From Eledone cirrhosa (Eukaryota), in the NCBI GenBank assembly GCA_964016885.1, contig OZ024742.1, positions 53,382,001 through 53,446,000 of the forward strand: 64,000 nt of DNA, in the 5' to 3' direction. This document shows, piece after piece, positions 1 to 13,685 of this stretch; the first letter of the stretch is position 1, and the number at the start of each line of letters is the position of its first letter. Position numbers and translations under genes: made by a program. A model generated the notes under the pieces. That model ran no database searches, had not been told where the DNA came from, and saw only the letters and a list, made by a program, of their open reading frames with translations.

Positions 1-1232
1 GTTCAGGAAGACCTCAAGCGATAGACTTCTGATAGAAGTAATCCTTACTTATTCTCATGCACTAATGAAGGGCAGTGAATTGGCAGAATTATTTGAAATA
101 AAACTTGATTATTATCATGCACTAAAGAAGGATGGTGGATTGGCAGAATCTTTATAGCATTGGACTACATGTTTATCAGTATTTGTCCTGAGTTCAAATC
201 CTATCGATGTCAACTTTGCCTTTCATTCCTTTTAGGTCAATAAAATAAAGTACTAGTAAAGTACTAGGATTGTTAAAATAGACTCCAAGTTTCTTCTCCC
301 CAGAAATTGTTGACTTTGTGCCTAAATTAAAAATCCTTATCATGCACTAAAGGAAAGTATCTAGAAGACATGGGAATCTTTTTCATTTGTCCCCACAAAG
401 GATGCTAATGAGTACTTTTGGATGGCCAAGACTACACTACAAACAAGAGATAGTGGACAAAGATATGAGGGTCCTTAAATGCAACCTAAGTAGTCAGTTC
501 TCATCTTTGTTTGGGTGGAAACTTTATTATTTTTTTTTTATTATGTACCTTTCTTAAATAATATCCTGTTTTATTTATTATGTATTTCCTCCAGAGTTAT
601 ATGTAAACACTCCTTTCAGACATGAAGGATCTTGGGTTTTGTATCTAGAAACTTCCCTTCTGAAGCACAAATCTGGGCTAGGTGTTTCTTGAGAAAGACC
701 TACAGTCACCCATGCATACCAGTCTCTCCTCTCTACACCAGAAACGTTGATGCAGCTTGGCACCAGAAACGTTGCAACTCGTTTCTGCAGCTGAGTAGAC
801 AGCCCAAGAGGGATAAGGTTTTGAGTTCAAATCCTATTGAGGTCAACCTTGCCTTTCATTTTTTTGGGTCACTAAAATAAAGTAGCAGTCAGGTAGTTTA
901 GTTTGACAGTCAGGGACGATTTAACCAATAGTATTTTTAATGCCCTCCCTCTCCCTCTCTCCGCCTCTCTTCTCTCTCACTTTCTCACACTCTCTTTCTC
1001 TGTCTCCTTATCTCTCACTCTCTCTTTCACCTCACAATGTCTATGGCCTTCTGCCTGAACTAGATGGAACAACAGAGTACAAAACTAAATGCCGTCTGTT
1101 ACCTGGTTACTGAGCCTTTATGTTCAGAGTTCAAATTCTATTGGGATCAATTGAATTCACTTATAGCAATCCCACAAGATTTGTGGCCTTGTGCCTTAAT
1201 GTTAGAAACCATTATTAATATTAATTATCATA

Positions 1233-1282
<50 letters not shown>

Positions 1283-1616
1283 GAATGGTTTGCACAGTAA
1301 ATATGATAATTACTGGGTCTTCTACTGCCTATCAGGTCTCAACAAGGACCTTAGACAGACAGTACATTCCTGAGTATATGTGCACTGACCAATTATTATT
1401 ATTTGTTTCTTTCTTTCTTTTTTTATTATTTTTTATTACATATTTCCTTTTGTTTTCAAACCGATTTAAAAAAAAATATATATCTAACTTCTAAAACCTG
1501 GTCAATACAGGCGACCTTCGGTGCACTGGTTGACCTTTGATTTTGGCTGCTCTGCTGCTTATTGGTGTGAGACAGATTCTGAGACTGACCATTGTTTTAA
1601 AATGATTTAGGAGAAC

Positions 1617-1675
1617 ATGAAGAAATCTGAGAATTATGAGTCACCAACTTGCTTGAAGTCAGATCCTTTACCCAG
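1617..1675 (+). CDS. Putative first coding exon of TMEM221/Jiraiya-like gene (MKKSENYESPTCLKSDPLP)
   Basis: ATG at 1617 is open to a CAG|GTAATC donor at 1675/1676. Its phase 2 matches the acceptor at 23136, and the four exons total 630 nt, in frame. No homology support was recognised for this exon, and an intervening exon cannot be excluded. Confidence 0.4.
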
Positions 1676-1699
1676 GTAATCCCACCTCCCTAACTCCCT

Positions 1700-2120
1700 C
1701 CCTACATACCTACCTACTTATCTATATACTTATCTATCTACCTAACAACCTACCTACCTGCCTACCTACCTACCTGCCTGCCTACCTGCCTACCTATCAA
1801 CCTACCTACATACCTCCCTATCTCTCTACCTACCTGCTTACCTGCCTACATACCTACCTGACTGCATTCTTACCTATCTAACTACTTGCCTACCTATCAA
1901 CCTACCTATGTGCCTGCCTGTCTACCTGCCTGCCTACCTACCTACCTATCTACCTCCCAATTAACCTACTTACCAGCTTAACCAACTACCAATGTACCTA
2001 CCTATCCATCTTACTAATACTTCTCTTATTGTTTCATACATTCTACTTACTACTACTACCACCACTATCACCACCATTACTACTACTACTACTACTACTA
2101 CTGCTACTACTACTGCTACT
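1700..2120. repeat. Degenerate (CCTA)n followed by (CTA)n
   Basis: Direct reading. Confidence 0.85.
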
Positions 2121-2544
2121 GCCATTGCTTCACCTGTTTTTGCTCTTATTTTTAGCCCTTATTTCTAATGAAAGACACAGACATTGCCTATGTGTTTCAA
2201 TACATTTTGAAAACAATCAAAAGTTTGGAGGAATTTAATAAAATAACTATCTTTTTCATTTCATAAGTTGGAGAGTTAGACTATTAGTAAAGAAAATATT
2301 TCCAAAATAAATCCACGAAAGGTTTTAATATAAGGATAAACATTTTAAAATATGAAGTATTCTATTATAAATCCAAGGCTGTTTCAGGTGGTTTGGTATC
2401 AAAAAGGTTAATAAACCGTTTGGCTATTGGATTTTGTATGTCTGTGATTTTGAATCAATGGGTGACATTGGCAGTGCCAAAAAAGAGCTATAAGGTTGTC
2501 ATATGAAGAGGAATAAAATGAGTTTCATTGCGTCAGAGTGTATG

Positions 2545-2581
<37 letters not shown>

Positions 2582-2733
2582 TGTATGTATGTATGTATGT
2601 ATGTATGTATGTATGTATGTATGTATGTATATGGAGTGGTGGAAACAAAAAAAAAATCAATCATCACAAATGTATGTATACACACACATAAGCATGTACA
2701 TAATACAGAGATAGATTTGCACACAATCATCCC

Positions 2734-2764
<31 letters not shown>

Positions 2765-3269
2765 GAAAATCTGAGCCCAAACACAGAAAATAACTGCAAT
2801 CACTGTAAGTTGAGAAAATTGAGTAAATTACCCTTAGAAACAGGAAACATTGAACAAAGGTGTCTACTTTATGATAATTTGCCCAATTTTCTACAGTGAT
2901 CAACTGTTATTACAGTTATTTTCAGGCTTCTGTATTTAATATATATCTATATCCATCTCTCTCTCTCTCTGTATATATATATATATATACTCTTTTACTC
3001 TTTTACCTATTCCAGTCATCTGGCCGAGGCCATGCTAGGGCACTGTTCTTGTTGCTTCACTTTCTATATACAGTCTGCATTGGCTGGCCATTGATGTAGG
3101 AGGGAGTTCTTTTCTGCTGCCCTTAGGGTAGCTGATATATAATTGGAGTAAAAGAACGTTGTTTGATCAATTAATTGACCGACTGTAGTGTAAACAGACG
3201 TAATCACTCTGCGACGTGGATCCATTGAGGTAATATCTATAAGATATCAGACGGAGTGTCAATACTATA

Positions 3270-3476
3270 TTGGCATTATCGGCAGAGTGTCGGACAGCAT
3301 GCTTTATGGCATAAGGTTACGTCCCTTTACGATCTGAGTTCAGATCCCGTTGAGGTCAACTTTGCCTTTCATCCTTACGGGGTCGATAAAATAAAGTACC
3401 AGTAATGCACTGGGGTCTATTTAATCAACTTTCGTCTCCCCAAAAATTGTTTGCTTTGTGCTTAAATCAGAAACCA
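3270..3476 (+). mobile_element. tRNA-derived SINE (further copies ~130-335+, 4150-4335-, 9213-9390-, 14204-14382+, 16393-16583-, 51566-51700+, 56920-57130+, 58612-58800+, 63250-63410+)
   Basis: Same A/B-box head and central domain as 24405-24585. Confidence 0.8.
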
Positions 3477-3479
3477 ATA

Positions 3480-3800
3480 TTATATTATAAAGAAGATAGA
3501 CGGTTTTATTTATGTATCCTCTCTTTATTATATTATCCTGTTATGCTCATTTCAAAACATCAAACTCTTTGATGTATTTTCATCAGACAGGTGTTAAGTT
3601 GTAATGTTTTTGTTTTTGATATGCCCACTGTAGTTTGGAACACGGTAACAGCCTTTCGGCTACAAGTGAGCATATGATGTCCAGAATGGTGGATGTAAGC
3701 AAGTAAGGTGTGGGAGATACTACCCTGTGTTAAAAATCTGGGTTTGTTCAAGGGACTAAGATGGCAAATTACTAAATAGATCACTCGCTTCGATTTACAT
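3480..3800 (-). mobile_element. Penelope-like 3' terminus/pLTR with hammerhead
   Basis: Homologous to the hairpin element at 18653-18975; contains the HHR at 3537-3591; an inverted partial copy lies at ~5040-5067. Confidence 0.55.
3537..3591 (-). ncRNA. Type I hammerhead ribozyme motif
   Basis: cctgt-CTGATGA-aaatacatcaaa gag tttgatgtttt-GAAA-tgagca-TA-acagg. Confidence 0.75.
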
Positions 3801-5067
3801 ATGTTAAAGAAGTAGTTCGATAAATTTACTTATTTATTTATTTTTTATCGTAGCTGTTGGCGCCGCCACAGCTATGTTTCTTTGTGGTGTATATTGAGGT
3901 GAGTTAGTGTGTAGTGTTGATGGGTGGAGTATATAGAGATTTCAGTGGCCGAGTGTTCTATGTTTAAGAAAAGATGTGTGAATTCGCAAAAAGACATACG
4001 CACGCACATTCACACATACCCCCCCCCCCCCTAGATAACAAGTGTGTGCTCACATAGATGCATAGGTACATACAACTGGAATATACAGATATATACAGAT
4101 ATATAAAAGTAATATATTAGTAATATATTTGTATACATGTGTATATTATAATTGTTTTTACATTTGGCACAAGGCCAGCAATTACCCAGTGCATTACGGG
4201 TGCTTTATTTTATCGACCTCATAAGGGTGAAAGGCAAAGTTAACCTCGTCGGGATTTGAACTCAGGCCGTAAAGGGTTGTAACTCTATTCTTGAAATCAT
4301 AGCGTCCGACCCTCTACCGATACTGCCAATCCACCATGTGCATATTATAATCTGAGTCATTTACATATGATGGTTATATCAAGTAATGTAGTGGAGAATT
4401 GCGTAGTCCGTTGTTAAATACAGAATGCAAGCACACGAGTGCAGATAAATTATACATCGTTCCCTCTATTGTAGATGTTTAGTTGTTGGTATATAGTTTT
4501 TGGCGTCTACTGATTCAGGTGACTAAGGTGACAAGATGTAGAAAGTTTGACCAACCGATGTATTATGAGAGGGGTTGTATATCTTTCTCATGTAGGTTGA
4601 AGGGCTTGGTAGTTGTAAAGGAGAAGAGGCAGGGATATCAATATAGTGATGCACCAAAGGGTTACGAGGTTAAGTAAATAGGTTTAAAAGTGGGGTGCAG
4701 GTTAATGTCTAAGGGCCAAACTAACTATATATTCTAAGGAAAGTTTAAGATATCTTATGCCTACAAGTATTTAAGAGGTCTGAGCCTTTGTTTATTACCT
4801 GGGGTCTAATATTAATAATTGTTTCCACTTGGCACAAGACCATCAATTACCCAGTACATTACTGGTACTATATTTTATCGACCCCGTAAGGATGAAAGGT
4901 AAAGTTAACTTTACCTTTCATCCTTACGGTCTAATATTAATAATGTGTAGAGTTTTGGTGGTGCAAAGATCCATTCACATAGGATGGCGCTGTTGTGAGA
5001 CAAGACACAGGGTATTGTACTCTATCTTGCTCAAGCCTCTAGGATTATATAATAAACAGAAGATGTA

Positions 5068-7125
5068 TTGAATGGTTTCGATTTAGCACCATTTTATACG
5101 GACACAAATACTCGGGCATTCATATAGAGACATCAGGGAAACAAGACGCTGACGATTCATTCCATGCTCCACAGCAGACCCCGAGAAACGTGGTCATAAG
5201 CCTATTCGAGGTCTACAAAACAAGAATATACCTCGTAGCAATACTCCCACGATTTCTCGAAGATGTGAATATTTGGTCGACTTTTCTGCTTCCGAAGCGA
5301 AAACCACCAGCTTGGATTCGACAAATTTCCTACATTCATTTCCAGACACTTAGCATAAACTTTACCGGCGAGGCTTAATAACAAGATCCTTCTGTAATTG
5401 GAACAACCTCTCTTGTCTCTCTTTTTGAAAATTGGGATTATCACTCCCGATTGCCATTGTTTAGGTGCTTTTCTAGAGATCCAGGCTACCCGGCGCACAC
5501 GACTCAGCAAGAAAATACCTTCTCTATTTAAGGCTTTCAACATCTCGGACCGGATTTCATCTTCCCCAGGGGCCTTGCCACATTTGAGCTCTTTAATTGC
5601 TCTTGTGACCTCAACCCCTAAGAGATTAGTCACCGCTCCCACATGCACCCCGTGTACGTCAGAATATGTTGTGATCGGGTTTAGGGGATCAGCAAAGTAT
5701 TCTCTCCACCTCGCGAGTATGGTTTGCCAGAACACTTTATTTGCTGATCTGAAGTCGGATTCCAGCTTAACCCTAAAGACCTCCCATGTCTTAATGTTGG
5801 GCACCTTTACTGTCGCTGCTGCGATTCGTTATGCCTGCTTGTACTGCAAGTGAAAGAATGAGGACTTATTTCCAGGCCAAGCTTTTTAAGCCTCATTCTT
5901 TGCTCGGATAGCATCTTTGGCTCTTTGATTTAACCAAGGGGGTCCTCGTGCCATCCGGTGCCACACCAAGCCGCTTTTACCCTCAGCTTTTAACAGCTGG
6001 ACCTGCCAATTTCGCGGGCTTCTTTGTCTTTTGGTAATCTCAAATTACAGATAACTAGACAGCTCAGCACTTCCTCAACACGAACATTCAGCACAGAATC
6101 GAATAGATCAGAGACAATAACAAAATCAATTGTTGATCTCTGTCTCTGATTCCCCTTACACTATATATATTTATGGAGTCAGACTCCGCTAAGATTGCCT
6201 ACAATCACCTCTCCTGTTAATTATTTTTATGAACAGGATTGGCATCCGCAGCCGGCTTGGAAGTGGTACAAGGAATGGCAGGTGTAAAATCAGTCGGCTG
6301 GAATTTTCAGACGACATGGTATTACTTAACTTAACAGAAGGTGATCTCCGACATGCACTTGATAGGTTTAATGCCGTGTGCTCTATGGCTGGAATGAAAG
6401 TGATACACTGGCCTGCGCAGTGAATGGAGTTGCACTGAAGTAGGTGGAGTTCAAATATCTCGGGGCCGTGTTCACGATTGACGGAAGGGAGGCGGCTGAA
6501 TTGAATGGAAGAATTGCTGGAGCTGGTGCAGTAATGCGCCAGCTTCAGCATTCGATAATCAGAAGAAGGCAAGTAGGTGTAAAAGCCAAACTTCGTAAAA
6601 GCCATCTTCCATTCGGTATTCGTGCCAACCCTTACTTCTGGTCATGGATCTTGGCTAATGACAGAAATATACGATTGTGAATACAAGCGGCTGAATGGGG
6701 TTTCTCTGAAGGGTCTTTGGTGTAACGTTATTCGATAGAGTGCGTAGCTCGGATATCAGCGTGCCACTCCAGGTAGAACCGAATTGAGAGATCCCAGCTC
6801 AAATTCTATGGATACGTGGTTAGAATGTCTCAGGAAAGAATTACTGGGCAGATTTTACGGGCAAAACCAATCGACAGGAGACCCAGTGTTAAACACCGTG
6901 CAAGATGGCTGGACAACATCCAGAGCTCGGATGGTCTTGCTTAGGGTTCCAGTCGGATCAGATGGAGACGGTTACTTCTGACAGGCTCCGCCGGAAGAAG
7001 TATTTGGGGACTCTGCCCCACGACCCTCTCAGGAATAAAGGGGTGAATAAGAGTATGTATGTATGTATGTATGTATGTATGTATGTATGTATGTATGTAT
7101 GTATGTATGTATCTATGTATGTATA
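5068..7125. mobile_element. Degenerate RTE (Expander/Rex3-like) LINE with inverted 5' segment
   Basis: 5068-6162 (-) encodes the EN C-terminus through RT (KAPGEDEIRSEMLKAL, NYRRILLLSL, FVDLE*AYD...KPFN). 6173-7050 (+) continues with GVRLR*DC..SPLL, FSDD, FKYLG and ends in a (TATG)n tail. Confidence 0.8.
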
Positions 7126-7622
7126 CAAAGGGCGGAAGAACTCATAAGAGTCAACGGCCATCAAAAAATGTGTAAATATGTATATACACATGTATATATG
7201 TATGTATATGTATATGTGGATATACATGGTTGCATGTGTATGTATATGCGCGAGGACATAGAAATAGTCGGACTGGACACCCGATCGCGCGGTTAAATCA
7301 CTGGGAGTGAAAGACCCATAGCCTTTGTCAGGGCATGCTTCTAGGAGAAGGCAACTCAGGAAATTGGGATAACTTCGACTTAAAACCTGCGGTTCAGTAG
7401 TTACCGATGATGTTGAACTTTTCTTCTTTTCGGGTTATAGCTACTGTCGCTCAGAGAGTGGGATTGGCTCAGTGCACAGTCTTTCCTCACTTTAAAAAGT
7501 ATCTTCACGCACAGGCATTGCACGATAGAATTAATTAATAATTATTAATAATGGTATATCGTGCAATGGCCATACTCGATAACGAGGAGGCAGCCATCAC
7601 ACACACACATACACACATATAT

Positions 7623-7671
<49 letters not shown>

Positions 7672-7967
7672 GATAAAGTATGTCCATAGAATAATTTGAT
7701 AAAATATATACATTATTTCCTCTCCCAATCAGCATAATCAACCACACAAAAAAAAACCAATTAAGCAGGGCTATAAGATTAAAAGGCACCTATGAAGAAA
7801 CAATAGATAAATAAACGATAGCTATCTATCCGCGATCAACAGCCATAGAATATTTACCCAGTATTTCTAATAGCACGTGGAAATCGATTAGATATATCGT
7901 CAACCATACACAATTAGGTACAAAATCAAAGTTAGAAGAAAAAATGTGTATAAGCATACCAAAATTA

Positions 7968-8052
7968 TGTTTCTACTCCACGAGGTTTCATTCGCTTTTT
8001 GGAAATATCCAATCAAGGATAAATTCACGAGTTTCGAAATTATCAGGAAACA
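7968..8052 (-). ncRNA. Degenerate hammerhead motif (core CTGATAA)
   Basis: tgtttc-CTGATAA-tttcg...cgaat-GAAA-cctcgtggag-TA-gaaaca. Confidence 0.5.
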
Positions 8053-8283
8053 AACTCTATTGGACGAAGATTTTTCTTAAATGATCCCCGCCAGAAACGA
8101 ATTCAAAATGGCTAAGAACTGTGACGTAGCTAGTGGTCAAGTCAGAAAGAATGTGATTGGTGCCTTACGGCGAGTGGGCTGGTTGCTAGAAAGCGCAGCC
8201 TAATACTGCCTAAATTGCATCTCAACCATATGGAAGATTATCAAATATAAAGATTTACATATACATAAACTAGACAAAGTCAT

Positions 8284-8931
<648 letters not shown>

Positions 8932-9391
8932 TTCAAGAGTAACCAATCTTAAAGAGAGAGATGGAGATATGAGAGGAGAGATTGGTGAATTAGCCAAAGC
9001 GTAAAGGCATGTGCAATATGCAGTAGAAAGCAGCTAAGTGGCTGGGTTCATGCAGAAGTTAGGTGCGCAGAGCTGGAAATATTCATTAGTTAAGCAAAAC
9101 AAGACCACAAATTTCACAAGGAAGACATTATTAAACGATTGTCAAGATATTTTAGTTTGATGTAAGGAATGTAGAGAATAATAATAATAATAATAATAAT
9201 ATTAATAATAATAATTGTTTCTACTTTAGGCACAAGGCCAGCAATTACCCAGTGCATTACTGGTACTTTATTTTATCGACCCCGTAAGGATGAAAGGCAA
9301 AGTCAACCTCGGCGGGATTTGAACTCAGATCGTAAAGGGACGTAACTATGCTGGAAAGCATGGCGTCCGACCCTCTACCGATACTGCGTCC

Positions 9392-11260
9392 GTTTACAAT
9401 TGTTTCGCTACTCCATATAATATTTCTGGATCAGATGACTATATATCATAATTGATCTGGTTCAGTTGAAAATAATTAACATATTTAAAAGACAGAGCGG
9501 CTCATCGGAATTTCAAAGGAATATAAATTAAAATAATGAGAATGTTACATAATATAATGTTCCATATATTGGTTTTTCACTATGGTGTCTTGGTTGCATC
9601 AGTTGTCAGCCATAATCAAGCAGTATTCATCTGTCGAGGCTGCATTGTATGAGATCTGCCTATGGGTAACAAGATGGCTGCCAAAGGACATATTTACCTT
9701 ACTAATTAGAGGGTGGTTTCAGGGGAAGTATCTCCTCGAGAGATTAGAAATTGTGGGTATTTATAGTTAAGTGCTAATTTTTAAATTTTTTAATTGAGAG
9801 ACAATGTAGGGGAGGTAACTTATAACTATCTAAGTTGTTCATAGCTATTTAACTTATTAGCTACAAGTAAAAATGGGGCTAGATGACTAAGTTAGGTCAA
9901 ATATTCTATTGGCGAAGGAATTAGCCCTTCGATGGTGACAGCTAATAGTTACCTCCGTTCTATCGTTAATCGGTAGAGGTCGTGATAGAGTTATGTAATA
10001 TGCTTCTGTAATACAGAGATCACAAGATTTTCTTCGTCCATTGAACGGTTGGGCCCTAGCCACGATATCCCATTTTTGAGAGTGTTGAACGTTGTTTAAT
10101 TTAAGGTTTTTAATGAGCCTAGCTAGCGATGTCGAACATCTGTTGCTAGGGTCTCGGAAGGAAAAAGAGTGCGCGTTATAGCGTACCTTAAAAGGGTTAG
10201 AGGTAGACCCGATATAAAAGCTGGTATTCGAAGCAGTTTTAACCGTGCACCTATAGACTATGTTGGGTGTCAGGCAGTGTCCATTTAATGGGCATGCATT
10301 GGAGTAACGGCAGTTGCAGTTGCTTCTGCGGTTAGTGAGAGTAGGGTAGTTTAACCTAAGCGGTAGGTCAGTGCTAGAAGGATTAGATGGGGGAGGTGTG
10401 CTACTAGAGTAATTATTGGTGTAGTGGCGTGGTGTATTTGATAGGGGTGGTGGTACTGCGGTGTGGGAGTTATACTGTCTTAGTTTATGATGGTTACTGA
10501 ACGCGATGTGGCTAGCTAGGTTAGGTGTTGTGGAGAATGAGATTTTAATGTTATTTTTATTAAAGAGTTTGTAATATCTAGGGGGGGGGGGGGGTAGATA
10601 GGATAGAGAAGAAGCGTTTGGGGATATTAGTGGCTATATTAAATGAGAATGGGGGGTTAAGCCAGGTGATATTTCTAGGCCTATTCCTTCTAGGGGTTCT
10701 AGTGGAGTTGGTAGAGGCTTTCCTAGGGTTATTATTACCTGGGGATTTGTTATTTGTCATCCCATTTTTCATTCCTATTCTAGGGTTGATTTTTAGTTTG
10801 CTACTTGGAGTGGGGAGCAGGCCGCTGCCACCATTAAACTTCCCTGTATAGGTGCTGTTACTGCTAAAATTCCGGCGAATCTGGCTATATGCTAAGGTAT
10901 TTCTAGTTCTAGTGTTAAGTTTATTATGGTGAATTGCTGTGTTATGGCATTTAGGTATGTAATAAATTGATTGTTCATAACCAGATTCAGAAAGAGCCTT
11001 ATTATAATATTGTGCATGGTTTATAAATATCTCCTCATTTGCTGATAGGATTGAGATCCTATACGAGATAGATTTGATTACTGCTCTGATGACTGCCGGT
11101 GGGTGGTTACAGTGTGGGCTAACATATGTGAGTATTTCACCTGGTTTATGGTAAGGGTAATATAGGTTATTGTTGAGATCCAGAGTGACGTCTAGGAAGT
11201 TTACTACTTTATGGTTCGGCTCGATGGTGATAGAGAGACCGTTCTTTTTAAAAACGGGCG
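9392..11260 (-). mobile_element. 5'-truncated Penelope-like element, Naiad-type (RT thumb + GIY-YIG endonuclease)
   Basis: FKKNGLSITIE..VVNFLDVTLDL..NHPP..NITWLNPPFS. After a frameshift at the G14 run (10581-10594): KLFNKNNIKISFS..CNCRYSNACPLNGHCL..IVYRC..FYIGST..FKVRY..CDLCITE..NDRTE..CHH, stop at 9887-9889. Confidence 0.85.
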
Positions 11261-11399
11261 GATAGGAATTGAAAAAAATGTCTTTAGATAAAAATAATAG
11301 CTCCATTCATGTTGACATCTCTTGGAAAACTGTTGATGCTGGCGTTTTGTGTATGATTTCTTTTTTTAGAAAAATGGATGATGGAGCGCGTCTACCTGA

Positions 11400-11960
11400 A
11401 ATGGAAAAAAAAACGTTTTGTAAAACGAGCTATACTTGTGCGCGTGCGTATGCATGTGTGAGTTATTATACGTCCGTACGAAGCTAAGAAGAAATGAGTG
11501 TGTATATGTAAGTAAAAGAGCGTGTGTGCTTGTAAGTACGAAGCTATGAGCAAAAGTATGTTAATATAAGGGTGTGTATGTGTGTATACAGAGCTGTGAA
11601 GGGAAAAGAAGAGTGTGCATATTTTGTCGGTCAGTATTAGTTGTAAGAGAATATGTTTCTGACCAAAAGAGAGCCATATGAATCTAAGGGTGAATGTACA
11701 AGCGCGTGTGATAATGGACGGGGTATTAAAGAAATTGGGGAGGTGAGTTGAGTCCATGAGGGAAATAGGACCCGAGGCGGTAAATCAGACTCTGTTCAGT
11801 GCGCGAGGCCTGTGATCCATGATGTAAAAGGACACCCAGGACTGAAACATGTAGGGAAGAATGACCAGGAGAACGGAAATGACGGGCGACAGGAGTATCC
11901 AAACCGAGTCGTATGTCCCTCAAATACTCAGTAAAACGGTCCACCATACGGCGTCCCACA
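11400..11960 (-). mobile_element. 3' fragment of a second Penelope-like element (GIY-YIG C-terminus)
   Basis: ORF 11726-11959 GRRMVDRFTEY..PVARHFRSPGHS..EQSLIYRLG..PHGLN is typical of PLE GIY-YIG ends. Confidence 0.75.
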
Positions 11961-11970
11961 TATATATATA

Positions 11971-12836
11971 CGAGGTGGGTCAGAAAAGTTCCAGGACTGA
12001 TGTCACAAAAGATTTATTTCAAACCCAAACTTCACACTAAGAGTTTTCTCCTTCAGAGTAATCCCCCTGGAGTCTAATGCACTTTTCCATCCTTTTCTGC
12101 CAGGCTTGCATACATTCCTGGAAGGATTCTTCTGGGATCCTCCGCAGTTCCGTCGTCACGGCCTTTTTGATGTCGTCCACGTCTTCAAAGCGGGTCTCCT
12201 CCGGGTGGTACTCGAAGATCCATGACTGTCCCTAGCAAGTCTGGTTCGGTTTCAAGACGCTCGAGGATGTCCTGGTACACTTGCATGCGTCGACCCTTCT
12301 GGTCATCGTTCAGCAGTTTTGGCACCATCTTCGCGCAGACTTTCCGCATGTCCAAATCTTCAGTGAGAATCTTCCAGACGCTGTCGCGATTCATGCCCAG
12401 CTGATTTGCCATCAGTCGAACAGTCAGCCGACGATCGCTACGCACCATCTGCCTGACGCGCTCAACGTTGACCTCAGTCCTGGTTGTTGAGGGCCTTCCG
12501 CTTCTGGGGTCATCTTGCACCACTCAAAAACACGTGAGCGTGACATCGTCTCATCTCCATACACTTGCTGCAGCAATCCCAGTGCTTCTGACGGAGTTTT
12601 CCCCAACCGTACCAGAAACTTCAAGTTTGTTCGTTGCTCTGTGCTCATTGCTTGACGACCTGAAACAGAGGACATGTATATAAAATTATGAAGAAAAAAG
12701 TGTGTTCGCTGCAGATAGCTAAGATTACAGTTACATACTCCAGGGGGATTACTTTGAAGGAGAAAACTCTTAGTATAAAGTTTGGGTTTGAAATAAATCT
12801 TTTGTGACATCAGAGGAACTTTTCTGACACACCTCG
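11971..12836 (-). mobile_element. Internally deleted mariner (irritans-like) transposon with ~100-bp TIRs and TA target
   Basis: TIR cgaggtg(g/t)gtcagaaaagttcc... flanked by TA. Transposase pieces EQRTNLKFLVRLGKT, DDPRSGRPST, KVCAKMVPKLL, WIFEYHP, then ...GDYSEGE. Most of the DD34D catalytic domain is deleted. Confidence 0.9.
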
Positions 12837-12900
12837 TATATAAATATATATATATATACATAATATATAAGAACAAAAGATGGTTAAAAGAGTTCCATGT

Positions 12901-12969
12901 ATTTTATTATGCGCATTTCAAAAACAAATATCATCATGCAATAATATTTGTGTTTTCATCAGATAAAAC
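12901..12969 (-). ncRNA. Type I hammerhead ribozyme motif
   Basis: gttttat-CTGATGA-aaacacaaatat...atatttgttttt-GAAA-tgcgca-TA-ataaaat; palindromic stem III. Confidence 0.75.
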
Positions 12970-13186
12970 AGGAAGACATGATATGAAGGTTAAAAAACAC
13001 TTGTGGATAGTGCAGTTTTAAATCAACAAAATACATGGAACTCTTTTAACCATCTTTTGTTCTTATATATTATGTATACTCCAGTCCTACAAACTGTAGA
13101 GTGCTTCTTATCCGATATCTGCATTGCTTTATTGTACTACAATAAAACTCACCTCCTACATATATATATACATATATATATAGTAA

Positions 13187-13600
13187 TATAATTGTTTCTA
13201 CTTTAGGCACAAGGCCAGCAAATACCCAGTGCATTACTGGTACTTTATTTTATCGACCTCGTAAGGATGAAAGGTAAAGTAAACCTCGGCGGGATTTGAA
13301 CTCAGACCGTAAAGGGACGTAACTATGCTGGAAAGCATGGCGTCCGACTCTCTACCGATACTGCCAATCCACCGCCCTTATATATAGTAGTAATAATTGT
13401 TTCTACTTTAGGCACAAGGCCAGCAATTACTCAGTGCATTACTGGTACTTTATTTTATCGACCCCGTAAGGATGAAAGGCAAAGTCAACCTCGGCGGGAT
13501 TTGAACTCAGATCGTAAAGGGACGTAACTATGCTGGAAAGCATGGCGTCCGACCCTCCACCGATACTGCCAATCCACCGCCCTTATATATAGTAGTAATA
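13187..13600 (-). mobile_element. Two head-to-tail copies of the same tRNA-derived SINE
   Basis: Two ~190-bp near-identical units, each bounded by tatatagta(g)taata. Confidence 0.85.
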
Positions 13601-13685
13601 ATAATTATAAATGTGCAGACTAAAATCCAAAGTGGGGTCGATATGGATAAATATATATCAAATATATAAGAACCCTAGAGCAAAT

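Noticed and set aside
7262-7530. GC-richer island resembling a retroelement 5' UTR or SINE (ctaggagaaggcaactc)
   Set aside because: Single copy in the window; could not assign a family or fold.
9887-10330. Selenocysteine recoding as described for some Naiad PLEs
   Set aside because: All conserved Cys positions here use TGC/TGT, with no in-frame TGA.
13300-13380. tRNA genes at A/B-box motifs
   Set aside because: These are SINE heads with extended box spacing, no cloverleaf, always followed by the SINE body.
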